Shown here one piece after another: positions 39,701-51,300 of a stretch of 63,992 bases of DNA (within the stretch, counting starts at the first letter, position 1; each line of letters starts with the position of its first letter). Where the stretch lies: assembly GCA_015680685.1 (NCBI GenBank), contig MNCI01000721.1, positions 540,266-604,257 on the forward strand. Reading direction: 5' to 3'. The stretch is from Gnetum montanum (Eukaryota > Plantae > Gnetophyta). The position numbers and the translations under genes are program-made. The notes under the pieces were generated by a model. The model made no database searches, was not told the DNA's origin, and saw only the letters and a program-made list of their open reading frames with translations.

Positions 39701-40774
39701 ACATATTCAGTTACACCATTGACATCAAGGGAGGTAATTAATGCAATTGATAAAGGTAAATCTGAAGGAGGGCCTCATGGACAACATTGGGTATTAGATC
39801 CGATTGATGGAACAAAAGGGTAAGCCATGCCAGATTTAGTTTTCTAATGATTATGACACCAAAATTTAAAGAACTCTAAAAATTTCACGTTCACCTTAAA
39901 ATATTTGACGGCTTCCTCAGAGTGTCAGGGCAAAGAGCTGAACCTAGAACATGTGTTCGGAAAATGTTGCAACTTATCAATGCTCGAATAGAATGTGTCA
40001 TACTTTTGTGATCTCTTGGGTCTTGCATGCAATTTTAACTTTGAAGTTGTATTTAAGAGGCCTTTTTTTGGGATGGTGCTTTTTAATTACCAAATGAAAA
40101 TATTTATTATTGTAGATTTCTTAGAGGAGACCAGTATGCTATTGCATTGGCCTTGTTGGATGAAGGAGAAGTGAAATTAGGTGTGCTTGCATGTCCAAAT
40201 TTGCCTTGGACATCTTTGAGTGTGAATCCCAATCCTTCCAATGATAAAATAGGGTGTCTTTTCTCTGCTGTAAGAGGATCTGGGACAACCGTACAATTAT
40301 TAGATGGAAAGCCAACTCCTACAAAGGTTCCACTGCTTAATCCTTTTGAAATTTCAAATGTCCCATTTTATTAATCAATTTAAATACAATATTTCCTTTT
40401 CTTAATGCATAGGTGTATGTGACAACTGCTGACAGCTCTGAAGAAGCATCCTTCTTTGAATCATTTGAGTCTGCCCATTCTATGCATGACTTGACAGCAA
40501 GAATTGCTAAGGTGGTGAAGTTGCTGTTTATCTGATGATTTATTGGTTAGTTAACCAATTGCATCCAAATTACGTTCATTATATGTTTTCTGACATGCAT
40601 AGCAAAATTTTGACATTTAGATCATGGGTGTGAAAAAATCACCTATTCGGATAGACAGTCAAGCAAAATATGGGGCACTGGCAAGAGGGGATGGGGCAAT
40701 ATATCTTCGTTTTCCACGGCCTGGATACCGGGAAAAGATCTGGGATCATGCAGCTGGTTCAGTTGTAATCCAAG
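27732..40774 (+). CDS. SAL1: 3'(2'),5'-bisphosphate nucleotidase / PAP phosphatase (SAL1/FIERY1-like) with N-terminal transit peptide. Exons 27732-28097, 32958-33033, 39385-39458, 39614-39819, 40116-40326, 40413-40511, 40621-40774; final exon not in window
   Basis: MAYDRELAIAVKATSLAARLCQ / SPVTVADYG / SQALISFVL...SLVAEED / HWVLDPIDGTKGFLRGDQYA / LGVLACPNLP / FFESFESAHS / RIDSQAKYGALARGDG...EKIWDHAAG. All exon phases are compatible. Confidence 0.95.
33538..33599 (-). repeat. Degenerate tRNA-like sequence (pseudo-tRNA or SINE head)
   Basis: Minus strand GGCCATTAGTCAGTTGGTTAG...GAAGGTACTAGGTTCAGAGCC resembles A and B boxes. Confidence 0.4.
34617..35416. mobile_element. Non-autonomous hAT-like MITE, 800 bp
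   Basis: Imperfect TIRs catactgatgaagattggatcag / ctgatccaattttcataaatatc, subterminal GATC motifs, 8-bp TSD catgaaac / catgaaag. Confidence 0.7.
36161..36238. repeat. Perfect 39-bp tandem duplication
   Basis: gggaatatcggatttgaatgaagaggcatatattatagc x2. Confidence 0.9.
36744..37947 (-). mobile_element. 5'-truncated LINE 3' end encoding coiled coil plus J-domain-like module (copy A)
   Basis: Poly(T) on + strand at 36742-36758, candidate TSD gaagtgtt (36736-36743, 37948-37955). Translation DQAHKHNARSWL*EGRCPYVVMNIGRNMSW...LHLDG...FQQAATFVD aligns with the tail of the L1 at 48.8-49.1 kb. Confidence 0.75.
38018..38285 (+). mobile_element. Copia gag fragment with zinc knuckle
   Basis: ILLGALPGSW...; IC*KCGKRGHVKRDC (CCHC). 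Confidence 0.6.
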
Positions 40775-42009
40775 GTCATTATATTTTCATTGATGTTCTT
40801 CAATATGGTGATTTAGTTATGAAGATTAGTTATGGTGATTTCATCCATTTTGTCCTTTTGTTATTGCATATAACATGAAATTATTAAATTGATAGCAAGT
40901 CTGGTAAGCCATTTGAATACTTTTCTAGCTAACTATTAGATTTTTGAAGAACATGATTTATGGAAGTAGATTGATGAAAGATATTATCATAAATTTTTGG
41001 CACTACAGTAAATGTAAATAATGTTGGAAAGGACATGATCATATCGATTACAAGGCCCTTTGCGAGTAGGTATGCTGTGAGGAAGCAGAACATGAACCGT
41101 TAAGAAGGGTGGAGCGCTGGTGGAAAGAGGATATCCAGAGGAGAGAACAACATCAACCATAGGTGGAGGAATTCAGGGGCAGGGAAGAGAAATGATTGGC
41201 TTGTTAGGAAGCCCAACAATGCAAAGAAAGGAAAAAAGGAAGAGTAGAATGAGGGTGAAGTGCACTTGCACTTGATAATCTTAAGAGCAATATTAGACTC
41301 TGGTTCCAAATGGGCAGGTGCCCTTATGTGGAGTTGGGGATTAACAGAAGGGCCAGGTGGAGCAGCATTAAAGGGTTCGTAAAGAAAAAGGCTTCCACTC
41401 TTCATCCTGACAAGAAAAGGGACGATTGTTAAAAGGAATTTCAAAGGGTTCAAGAAGCCTTGAACCTTATTAAATTAGCAGTTGAGAGAGGTATCGTTCA
41501 CGATGTCCATGTGGAGGAAAAATGGGTTTGTCAATGCTCTATACTCCTACCTAGGTGATGAGTTTTTGGTACTATCATTTTGTCAGAGGCATCTGCTGTC
41601 AGGTTTTGGGCTTTTGGGGACCACATGGTCATATTCTGTCATATTCTGGTTCCTTCTACTGCTGGGCTGGGGACTGTTCCCTGTTGCCATTTATTCTTTT
41701 TCTGTTCGCAAACTCTCTGTGTTTGTAAATGGGGGTTCCACAGCCTCTGCTTGTGGCCCTGTGACGATTAACTCTGCCCTTCCTACTTTTTGTACTTTAG
41801 ATAATAGATCACCTGACCATTTTTGAAAAAAGAAAAGAGAAGAGAAGATATGATCATATTAATATTTCAGTTGAAGATGAATATAGGAGATTAATTTGGA
41901 CATCCTGTTCCCAAATGTCATGCAAATGCTTGATGCTTCCTCACATTTTATATTATGCTTAGTAAATGCTCCAAAAAAATTGATCATCTTAGACTTCTTC
42001 CAACAATAT

Positions 42010-43600
42010 TGTAACACCCCACCTTGATGCACCTAGCTAGGACAAAGTGATGCCTAGGATTGTTAGTAATAACACAATGAAAGCATGTCAAACCCGGAAT
42101 CAACGGTGCATGAAAACACATTAAGAATATATATATATATATCTTGCACTCTCAAACTGTACAAAAATCCATGCTAAACCAAAGACCAAGCATACACATC
42201 AATTTATTAAATTGCATGTCTCTACATAAACCAAAAATCTGTATTGCTCTCATCGAATAGAAAATATAAACATCATATACATAAGAGTACAATGAGGGTC
42301 ATGTAAATATGAGCAGTCCACAGAAAATGGTACATGGAGATATACATCAACTAATCCCTGAAGTCATCCCTCTCCTCAACTCTCTCAGTGCTCTCTTGCA
42401 CTCCTGCAATTTCCACTTGTAACTAAATAAAGTTGGTGTAAAACTAAGTGGGAAGCCTTTATACTTCCCTTGCTAGATGGTCAACAAGTCTTCCACTGGA
42501 GAAGAGAAATGGGGTACAAAGTAACTTACATCAACAGTCAGTCTCACACATGTTCTAGGCAACACATCCACATACGTTATCACACATACTACTGGCATAA
42601 CTGCTACTAAAGTGAACAACTAGCTAACACATAGTCATAGATATAATCATTGTCAGACATAATCAATTATATATCAATTGCACTAGACCACATTCATTTC
42701 CTCTATTATGCCCATACATTTGTATCCACATCATATCATCAAGCATGACATGGATCACACATTCATAGATCAACTACAAGATATATTACCATTACTATGA
42801 CTCACCAAGTGGTACCAATGTATACACATAATCCCATGTGCTCCCTAGCATATTTGCACTTAGTGTAGCTTGTGAATCATTATCATGAGTACTTATAGTC
42901 AGTCATTTGCCTATAGACTAGTGCTAGGGCTCGTCAACTTGTGACCCACAACCATTAGCTTTTTGAAGGATTGGCTATAGGGACATACACACCCATGCCA
43001 TGTATTAGTAGTAGGGATAAACACACCTATCCTCTTCTACTCTTGGGATGAGACTTGAGATAGGAGCCTTGCTAATGCATCACATCCATAACTACCTCTA
43101 GGGTACCTGATCACTACCTGGTCCGCTCCCTTATGTTAACCCCACCCACCAACAATTGCTACAAGTGTCATTGCGAAGACATGTACCAATAATCCAAGCT
43201 AGCTTAAGCCATCATAGGTCACAATCACAACACATTCGAAACAAACATAACATGACCACATGAATATTCATGCCTAATTTTCACCCACACTTTGTGAAGA
43301 TGGCACCACAACATGGCATAAGAAAACTTCTTGCCACCGGCATACTTCTTAAATTTCATATAATTTCATAAAAATGACCATGACTGTAACCTTCAAAATG
43401 ATAGATGCCAAAAGATAAAACAAAATGTATGATTGGAAAGTACATAAGAAGACAATCCCAATGACATCAATTTCACCTCAATCAGACTCCTAGAGACAAA
43501 GTTATGTGCATTCAAAGTTTATCAATAAAACAATAAATAATAATATTTAATTATCATGAGTGATAATTGAAACTTCCTTAAACACCCTGACAAAATCCTT
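42010..43600. mobile_element. LTR-like fragment, possibly chromovirus type
   Basis: Begins TGTAACACCC and has LTR-like composition. No matching end or TSD found; right boundary approximate. Confidence 0.35.
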
Positions 43601-45349
43601 GTTGAAAATGAAGAACTTGATTGAGAATGTAGGTAAATTTGTTGGCTGATGTGGGCTTGCTTGGAGCAGTCTGATTTCAGCCTAATTCCTTAGAGAATCT
43701 AACACTGCCATCATGATAACGTTAGCTATATCTTAAGTCAGAGGAGGAACTAAGTCCTCTTTATCCTACCTCACACAGCAATGTTGCTTGCACTCTTCTA
43801 AGCATCACAACTTAATGTAGCATGCTCTCCAAGTAAGCGTCTTAAGTATTTTAGGTGAAAAATTCAAAGGGTCTGATAGAACATGTCCCTCATTAAAAGT
43901 TCCTCTTTTGTTAATATCTTATAATAATTACAGGATTAATTACGATGTTACACTTAATTACAGTCCTTGTTTCCACTCAATTACCCTTTTTGGAGATAAC
44001 CCTCACAAAGATCAGGGTCCGATCGTAACCATTCAAGCGACAAAAACAACACATGTACCTGACAAGCGGATCTTACCAGGTCTAACACCTACTTTTGTTT
44101 CCAGTCGTTTCTAATTCTTCTTGTAAGCTTTGCAATAAAATAAGATGGACTATATCAGTTATGTTTGCTATTAATTATAGCTGTCATTGCAACAGCAAGA
44201 ATTGAACTTCGTCTCTATCAAATAACAATTACAAATCCTAATTAAGGTTATACTATGCACATCTTGTGCAACCTGATTACATGAATGAAGGTACAGAAAA
44301 ACCTTATTCATAACTTGTTAGGCATAGAAAACAATTTTAATTATTATTTATATATATATGAATTCTTGGATATATGTAAAAATTTGATTTTGGTCTTTTA
44401 ACTTGTTTTTTTGAGGTAGTTTCTTCATTAGTGGACCACTTCTATTGAAAATATCTTCTTCCATGATCAAACTCGGTTTGGAACAGTTTTTGGAACAGAG
44501 TGTAATTTTGCCATGCTGGAGATATGTTTTGATGGTCAGAGTCTCGATGATAAGGTTCTATCATATGCTACCACTTATTCGTTGGCCACTTGCACCAATA
44601 ATCTGGTTACGTGGAAGAATTTAGTATAATGCCAAGCATAATCCGAACTCCCCATGAAGAAGGATATCCGTACATCATCATTGGTACCGGTGGCATGGTT
44701 GGTGAGCAAAGGTTCCTAATTTACCTGGTATGGTCCATAATGACGATTTTCTTCCAAACATAGACATTAAGCATGTTCGTACATATGCCTAATAGGTCTA
44801 ATGATAGATTAGGACGCTTAAGAGATATTGAAATCTCCATAAAGAATGAGAGGCATTAGGCCAATGCCAATGAAGGGGTTGAAAAGTTTGTTATTGAGTT
44901 GCTGCCCAATCTAGGGGATCAAGTAGAATGCTTAATATAGATTGGTGTTCAGAGATGATAGTTCTGCAATCAGATGTGTAGTGGCAACACATTTGGATTG
45001 GCCGGAGACTTCCAACTTCAACACCGCTGACTATGCCATGGCTTTTCTCGAATTTGGTCTTTACATTTTTTTTGTAGATCATGCATTCAAAATCTCATGT
45101 ACATCATTTTGCAACTCAAACTTAAATCTCTTCTATCTTCTCTAACCTAAACTTTGCTTGTAGAAAATTGTAGAACCATCCACATTGTGAATTTTGCAGT
45201 AAGCTTTTTTGTATGGATTGTAGAACCATCCGCATTGTGATTTCTGCAGTAAGCTTTGTTGTAGGGATTATATGAGGGATGGTTTTGACAGCACTTTTCC
45301 ACTCTCAGCCCACTTGGATGCCTTTTGTAAGTAAGGATAGTTAATACAT

Positions 45350-46230
45350 CTACTAGTTGTAAGGTGCAAATAAGAAACAGAACTCACTTCAATGAAACTC
45401 TGGGATTTCTCCATTTAGACCACCATGAGGTGGCCTATTCATCAGACAGACAATAATGTTGTTGGCAGTTTTAGCCCAGAAAGGCTTGGGTAATTCTATT
45501 TGTGTAAGGATTCTTCATACCCTTTACACGATAGTTTTGTTGTGCCTTTTAGCCACCTTGTTTTGTAGTGGCGTTCATGACATTGTCTTGTGATGGATAA
45601 TACCTGCTCCTCTACAAAATTTTTCAAAGCTGTGGGATATGTACTCAGCCCCATTATCGGGGAGCTATCTCTTAATAGACCCTATTTCTTTTTCAACTCT
45701 ATCTTCGATAATCTTAAAAGCCTGGAGGGTGTTTTCTTTGACTTCAAAGGGTACAACCTTATATTTACTGAAAAATCATTTATAAATGTTATGAAATAAT
45801 AAGCACCACCAAATGCAGAATGTGACATAAGACCAATAAAAATCAATTTTGGAATTAGTTCTTTTGACTTGAGTATCTGTATATGTTGATTACTCATATG
45901 AAGACCAATAAAATTCAATTTTGGAATAAGTTCTTTTGACACGAGTATCTGTATCTGTTGATTACTCGTATGACCGAGTTGTTTGTGCCAAATTGCAACT
46001 ATATCCTCCCTCACTGTTTTCTGTGAACACAATAGCATACTGAGTATACATCGATTCTTCTTTTCCTTCTTTTCCTTCTCGAGCTATCACAAAGGGAAGA
46101 GAGGATATGGACTTGCTTACGACCTCGTTAAAGCACTAGGAATTCTGTGTGTTGAAAATTTCCTTCAGTGCACTTTTTCATTCTCTATCATCATATCATC
46201 ATGCATCATGTCTATCATGGAATCATGATC
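45350..46230 (-). mobile_element. Decayed Ty1/Copia fragment (GAG-pre-integrase plus integrase core)
   Basis: WHKQLGHTS; GAYYFITFINDFS...LYPLKSK; internal duplication at 45830-45970. Confidence 0.8.
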
Positions 46231-48399
46231 ACCTTAAAAAAGTGGAAAAGGTCCAATTAATTTCCAAATGCGGTGGGGGAAAAATTGCAATTCTAGATCT
46301 AAATGTGCAATAGAAATTTTCAATCTAGAACCAAACCTCTGCAGCTCAGCAGATCTCTGGAAGTTCACTGGTCTTATTTCGTCAGATCACCCAAGCATTC
46401 AAAAGCTCAATAAACAATCTTCTTCGTTGTGGACCAAACTCCTTGCCAACGCCCTTCTTCTGTAGCAAGTTCAATAAACAATCTTCATCTGCAAATTAAA
46501 TTATCACTTTTCATTCTGATTTTTATGAAGAGGAGAGAAAAAAATAGAAAGAAAAAACATTCCAAGTGAGGTTTCACTATTTCTAACCGCAGGATGTCAA
46601 AAATTAAACGAAGAATCCATAGTTCATGACATCATTTGCATCCAACACTGCAGGTAGTAGGCAGCTCTGATTTCTAGATGCCTTACGCCAATAAACCTCT
46701 GACTTGTAGGCAGCTCTGATTTCCATAAACCTCAGGCCATCAAATTAGGGCTTGAATAAATTCTTTGTTTATAGGATGCCTGCTTTATGAATCGTCTTTC
46801 TCTTTCTGCATCTTGACATAACAAGCATATTAGGGATGACAAAAAATTTCACGATAAGCAAATAACAGGTACCTAAACGGTGTTAGAGCACAGAAGTTTA
46901 GGATCAAATAATTTATAAACTAACATTGAAAATTCTTACCATATTCGAAAGATAAGATCTTTCAGTTTCAATTCTGTTTTAAGGAGATCAATGAATAATG
47001 CAATAGTTGATCCTCTCTAAATTACTGGTGCAAGCTATTATAAACTTTACTGATTTTGGTTAACTTCATTGTATAATTTAAGCTCTTTTTTTTTAAAATT
47101 CTAACCTATAATGTAGGTGAGTGTACATATGAGATCACTGAGATCAGACCAGAATCTTGAAATTGAATACTGAGAATATGCATCAAAATTTCTCATTGCT
47201 TAGTCTAAGATGAGATACCTAATTTGCATTTTTTTCTATGGACCTTTGTAATCTCTGATACAACACATCTATAGAATGGAAATTATCCTGTTAAATCTAA
47301 AAACTGATCCTCTTGAAATTTTAACTTTAGGAGGGTATAAAAAATTTTCAAGATGTCATTATGGTTTATGGACTTAATCACCAAAGTCGAAAGTTATTTA
47401 TATTATGAGGATAAGTTTGGAGATGTGGAATTGTAGCTTGGACGGATTGCCTAATTTTCGGTTCTAAACACATTGCACCCCACTAAAAAAGAGAAGGAAG
47501 AAAAGAAATAGAAACAACAGTTTTGTTTCAAAGATTTATATGTTTGCATGTTAATAATGCAGAGCTCACTTAGAGAATGTCACTTGTGATTTGTAAGGGA
47601 CAGAACATCTTAAGGGGTATGCTAGTTTTGATCTTAAGGAGTAAGGAGTATGTTGATAGACGTGTTAACTTAGGACAACCAATCATAGAAAACCCTCATC
47701 AAATCTTTTTTTCTATCTTTATAGCTAGTCCATATAAATGGAAAAAGGGTACCTTGGTAATGATGATTTATATGTGAAATAGGGTCAATGAGTTATTTGG
47801 TACAAATAGTTAGTCATGCTAGATGTGAAATCGGGGTAAATAGGCTATTTGGTATACATAGGTAGTCATGGCACATGAATTAGGGCAAACGTAGAGTTTG
47901 ACATATGTGATTTCACACACAACTTATCTGGACAGATCCACAAGACAGGGTTGCTTAGTTTTTTCAATATCACTTCTTTTATAGGCAATCTTGCACTGTG
48001 TGGAGCTGTATTTTTGCATCCGTGCAATGATTCCATAGAGGATAATCATAACAGCGGTGTTTTTTACCAGCAGTGTTCTTATAGTATTTTAGGCCAGATA
48101 ACAATGCATAAACAAAACTTTCAATTTGCCTTTTTCACAGAAGTCATCCATATAATTGATAAAGACACAAAAGTGAGGCGATAGAGAAATAAAGATAAAT
48201 TTGGCAAAACGGCAAGGTGTCGGTTGCTGAATAGGATTAAACTATTGATGAGGTATTTCTGATTGACGAGGTGTTCACACTTATCTGATCAGCTTCTATT
48301 AAGTGAGACTTTATTCTTGACAATCTTGCATGCCTATAACTTGCTCTAACATTCATTCCAATGAAGATATNATAGAAACGTACAGGGTCACATTCAATA

Positions 48400-51300
48400 A
48401 TCAGCTTGGCCCACTTAGGTGGTGCTTGTCGTAGAACAACCCAACCTATTGGGAAAGACAAAAACCCAGCTGGTGAAAAAAACCATAGCAAACTACAAAA
48501 GGACTCCAACCAAAGAAAGAAAAAAGGGCAACAACAGGTAGTAGAGACCCCCTTAGTCATGGTAGGCACATAGTTCGAACCTAGGAATGGACCCTATCCA
48601 AGACCACTCTCTAATGTTGGGAAGTCANTTTTTTTCTTTTGGAAAATGGTAAGGTTAAATTAAAGTAAATAAANTGTCGTAGAACAACCCAACCTATTGG
48701 GAAAGACAAAAACCCAGCTGGTGAAAAAAACCATAGCAAACTACAAAAGGACTCCAACCAAAGAAAGAAAAAAGGGCAACAACAGGTAGTAGAGACCCCC
48801 TTAGTCATGGTAGGCACATAGTTCGAACCTAGGAATGGACCCTATCCAAGACCACTCTCTAATGTTGGGAAGTCATAAAAGTGGCTGCCTCCTAAAAATT
48901 CATGAGCTCCTCTTCCTTCCTCTATCTCTCCTTAGGAGGCCTTGTTTGCATCTTGTTAGGGTGGAACTCCAAGGAAACAGCCCAAATGTAATAGTGTAGG
49001 GTAGTCCACACCGCATTCTTGTTAATATTCATGATCACATAGGGGTAGTGTCCCTCTTGGAGCCAGTGCCAAGCATCCGACTTGTGTGCCTGATCTAGTC
49101 GGGTCTTCATCTGTTGCTCTTCTAGAAGAGCCTGAACCCTTTGTTCTTCTACCTCCTCTTCATGGATCCTCTATTGTTCCTCCTCCTTGAGCAGCTTCAC
49201 CCAGATCTGCCATCATAACTCCTCCTCCCTCTTATTTTACATGGCAACGTTGTGATGTTCTCTTTGTCGATGCTACTCTTCGGCCTCCTTGTAGTGTAAA
49301 TGCTCCGCCTAGGCTTTGGCTTGAACGTCCAGGGCTTGCTAGAGAACCATCTCCCACTGCACTCGCTCCTCCTCACACACCCTAGCCTTAGTATCCGCTA
49401 CCATTTTGTGGAGCTGTTCGTCAAATGTGGCCTACGGCTCTTGATATAGGGCATTGCACTCCAAAGGGGGATTGCTTGCCTACTCTCAAGGTAGGAAGAA
49501 GGGGTAGTGGCAACGAAAGTAGACATAGACCCTTCACTCGAGTTCACAACGTTTGCCCCCAGTGTTGAGTAGGTAAGGGTTGAGTAGGTGGATCCACAAG
49601 CTACATGGCCCTCCATAGCGCCAAGATGAGCTCGGAGTGCCTCCCTCTCCATTCTCGGTGCAAGGATGTCAGAAAATTTTTTGGAAGATTCATAGTTCTT
49701 GCCATTCACATGCACCAAAGGTGAAATGATCCCCCTTGCAACTTCCAAACATTTCTATATTGAACAAAATAGTGATCAATGAGTTTGGCTGCCTCCTGCC
49801 ATAGGGGAGGAAGCACATACTGCCAAACCTACCCACTAGCAATTTTGGGAACAGGGCTTGAGAAAAAACCCTCAACATCTTGTAAGCCTTGCCTAGTCAA
49901 CAAGACCACCTCACCTGCTGTTGGCACCCCAAGGTAACCCCCTAGATCCACCTCAGTTAGACTAAGCGGACCCCACAAAAAGTTGTGGAATCCCCTTGCC
50001 AATGTTTGTAGAAACCAATGTTAAGCATGTTCGCTTCATCCAGAAGCAGCGGTAAGAGCTCTTCCCAACCCATCTGATTCACCATAGCTTGTAGATTGCA
50101 GTTTTGGTGGAAACCCTCCACCTCGGGCTCATAGGTCGAAGTAATGCCCATGGCAGTAGAAGCTTCTTTCCACAATCTGCGTGTGAGGAAGGTGGTATGC
50201 GAGGGGAAGGTCAGTGGTGCAGAGCGAAAGATCTTGGCATTCCTAGCCTTCTAGATACACCAAAGCACCACCATAACCAAGGAGTTACCATAAGCCTACG
50301 AAGATGGGGAAATACCCGTAGCCGCCCACATAGCTACGACGTATGGTTAGGGTAGAAAAAGGTCCAACACGGACTCATTGCATGCAAAACAAATGGGATG
50401 ATTGTCCACATCAATCATCCCCCCTACACTTTGAGCCTTGTCTGTACTAGCAACACGCCATGGGCCAAAAGCCAAGCAAAAGATTTAATTTTTTCGAGGA
50501 GCCACCCTTGCCACATGTGTCACCAACCACCCTGCGCAAGATATTTGAACTTAATGTCGACTCTTGGTTGTAACCCCATCATCCCCCCCAGATAAGTTTA
50601 TGGGCATGAATGCATAGGTTTCACTAGATATGAGAGTCCCTAGAGACCGCAACCCAAGGTAGGTATTTGTTGGCCATAATGTGCACCCATTGTGGCTGAT
50701 TCCCTTGGTCTTGCATAAACGGATTGATGACATTCTGATGTTCCATGAGTAGGACATCCTCAAACTTTAACACACCTAGGCCCCCAACAAGCTTGGGCTT
50801 AGCCACCGTAACCCAACACACCAGATGCGAACAATTGCCCCTTTTGCCACTGGACCAAACAAAAATTTTGATGATTTGATTGACTTTGGTGATCATCCCC
50901 ACTAGCGGTGTGGTGATTGAGGCCACATATCAAGTAATAGTTGATAGGATGGAGGTAGCCAATATGAGCTTGCCTTTTCATGTCAGGAATTGAGCGGTTG
51001 AGTGCCCCACTCGGGATTGGAGGTGCTGAATAAGGTGAGTCTAGGTTGATAGTTTGTTCCAAGCAAACATAGGAACACCCAAATAGCAATCATTTCCCGT
51101 ACTTGGTAAGATCCCTAGTTCCTGACACACTTGACATTGAACATGTTCTTTGGTGTAGAAAAAGTATAGTTGACTTCCCCCAATTAATGGCCAAAGCCTA
51201 GGGCACAATAGCTTGAGTCATAAGGATAGTGTCGTCTGCATAGTGCTTAGTGATATAGGTGGTACCTTCGATATTCAAGCCTTTGACACCCTCCTTCCTA

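Noticed and set aside
41050-41830. More GC-rich segment with ORFs after SAL1 exon 7, considered as the last exon
   Set aside because: No EAGG/LDFS motifs; probably a TE fragment.
48407-48875. Exact ~200-bp direct duplication (48407-48627 and 48675-48875) at the L1 3' end
   Set aside because: Identical copies separated by single N bases and an out-of-place poly(T) piece; most likely a contig-join artefact.
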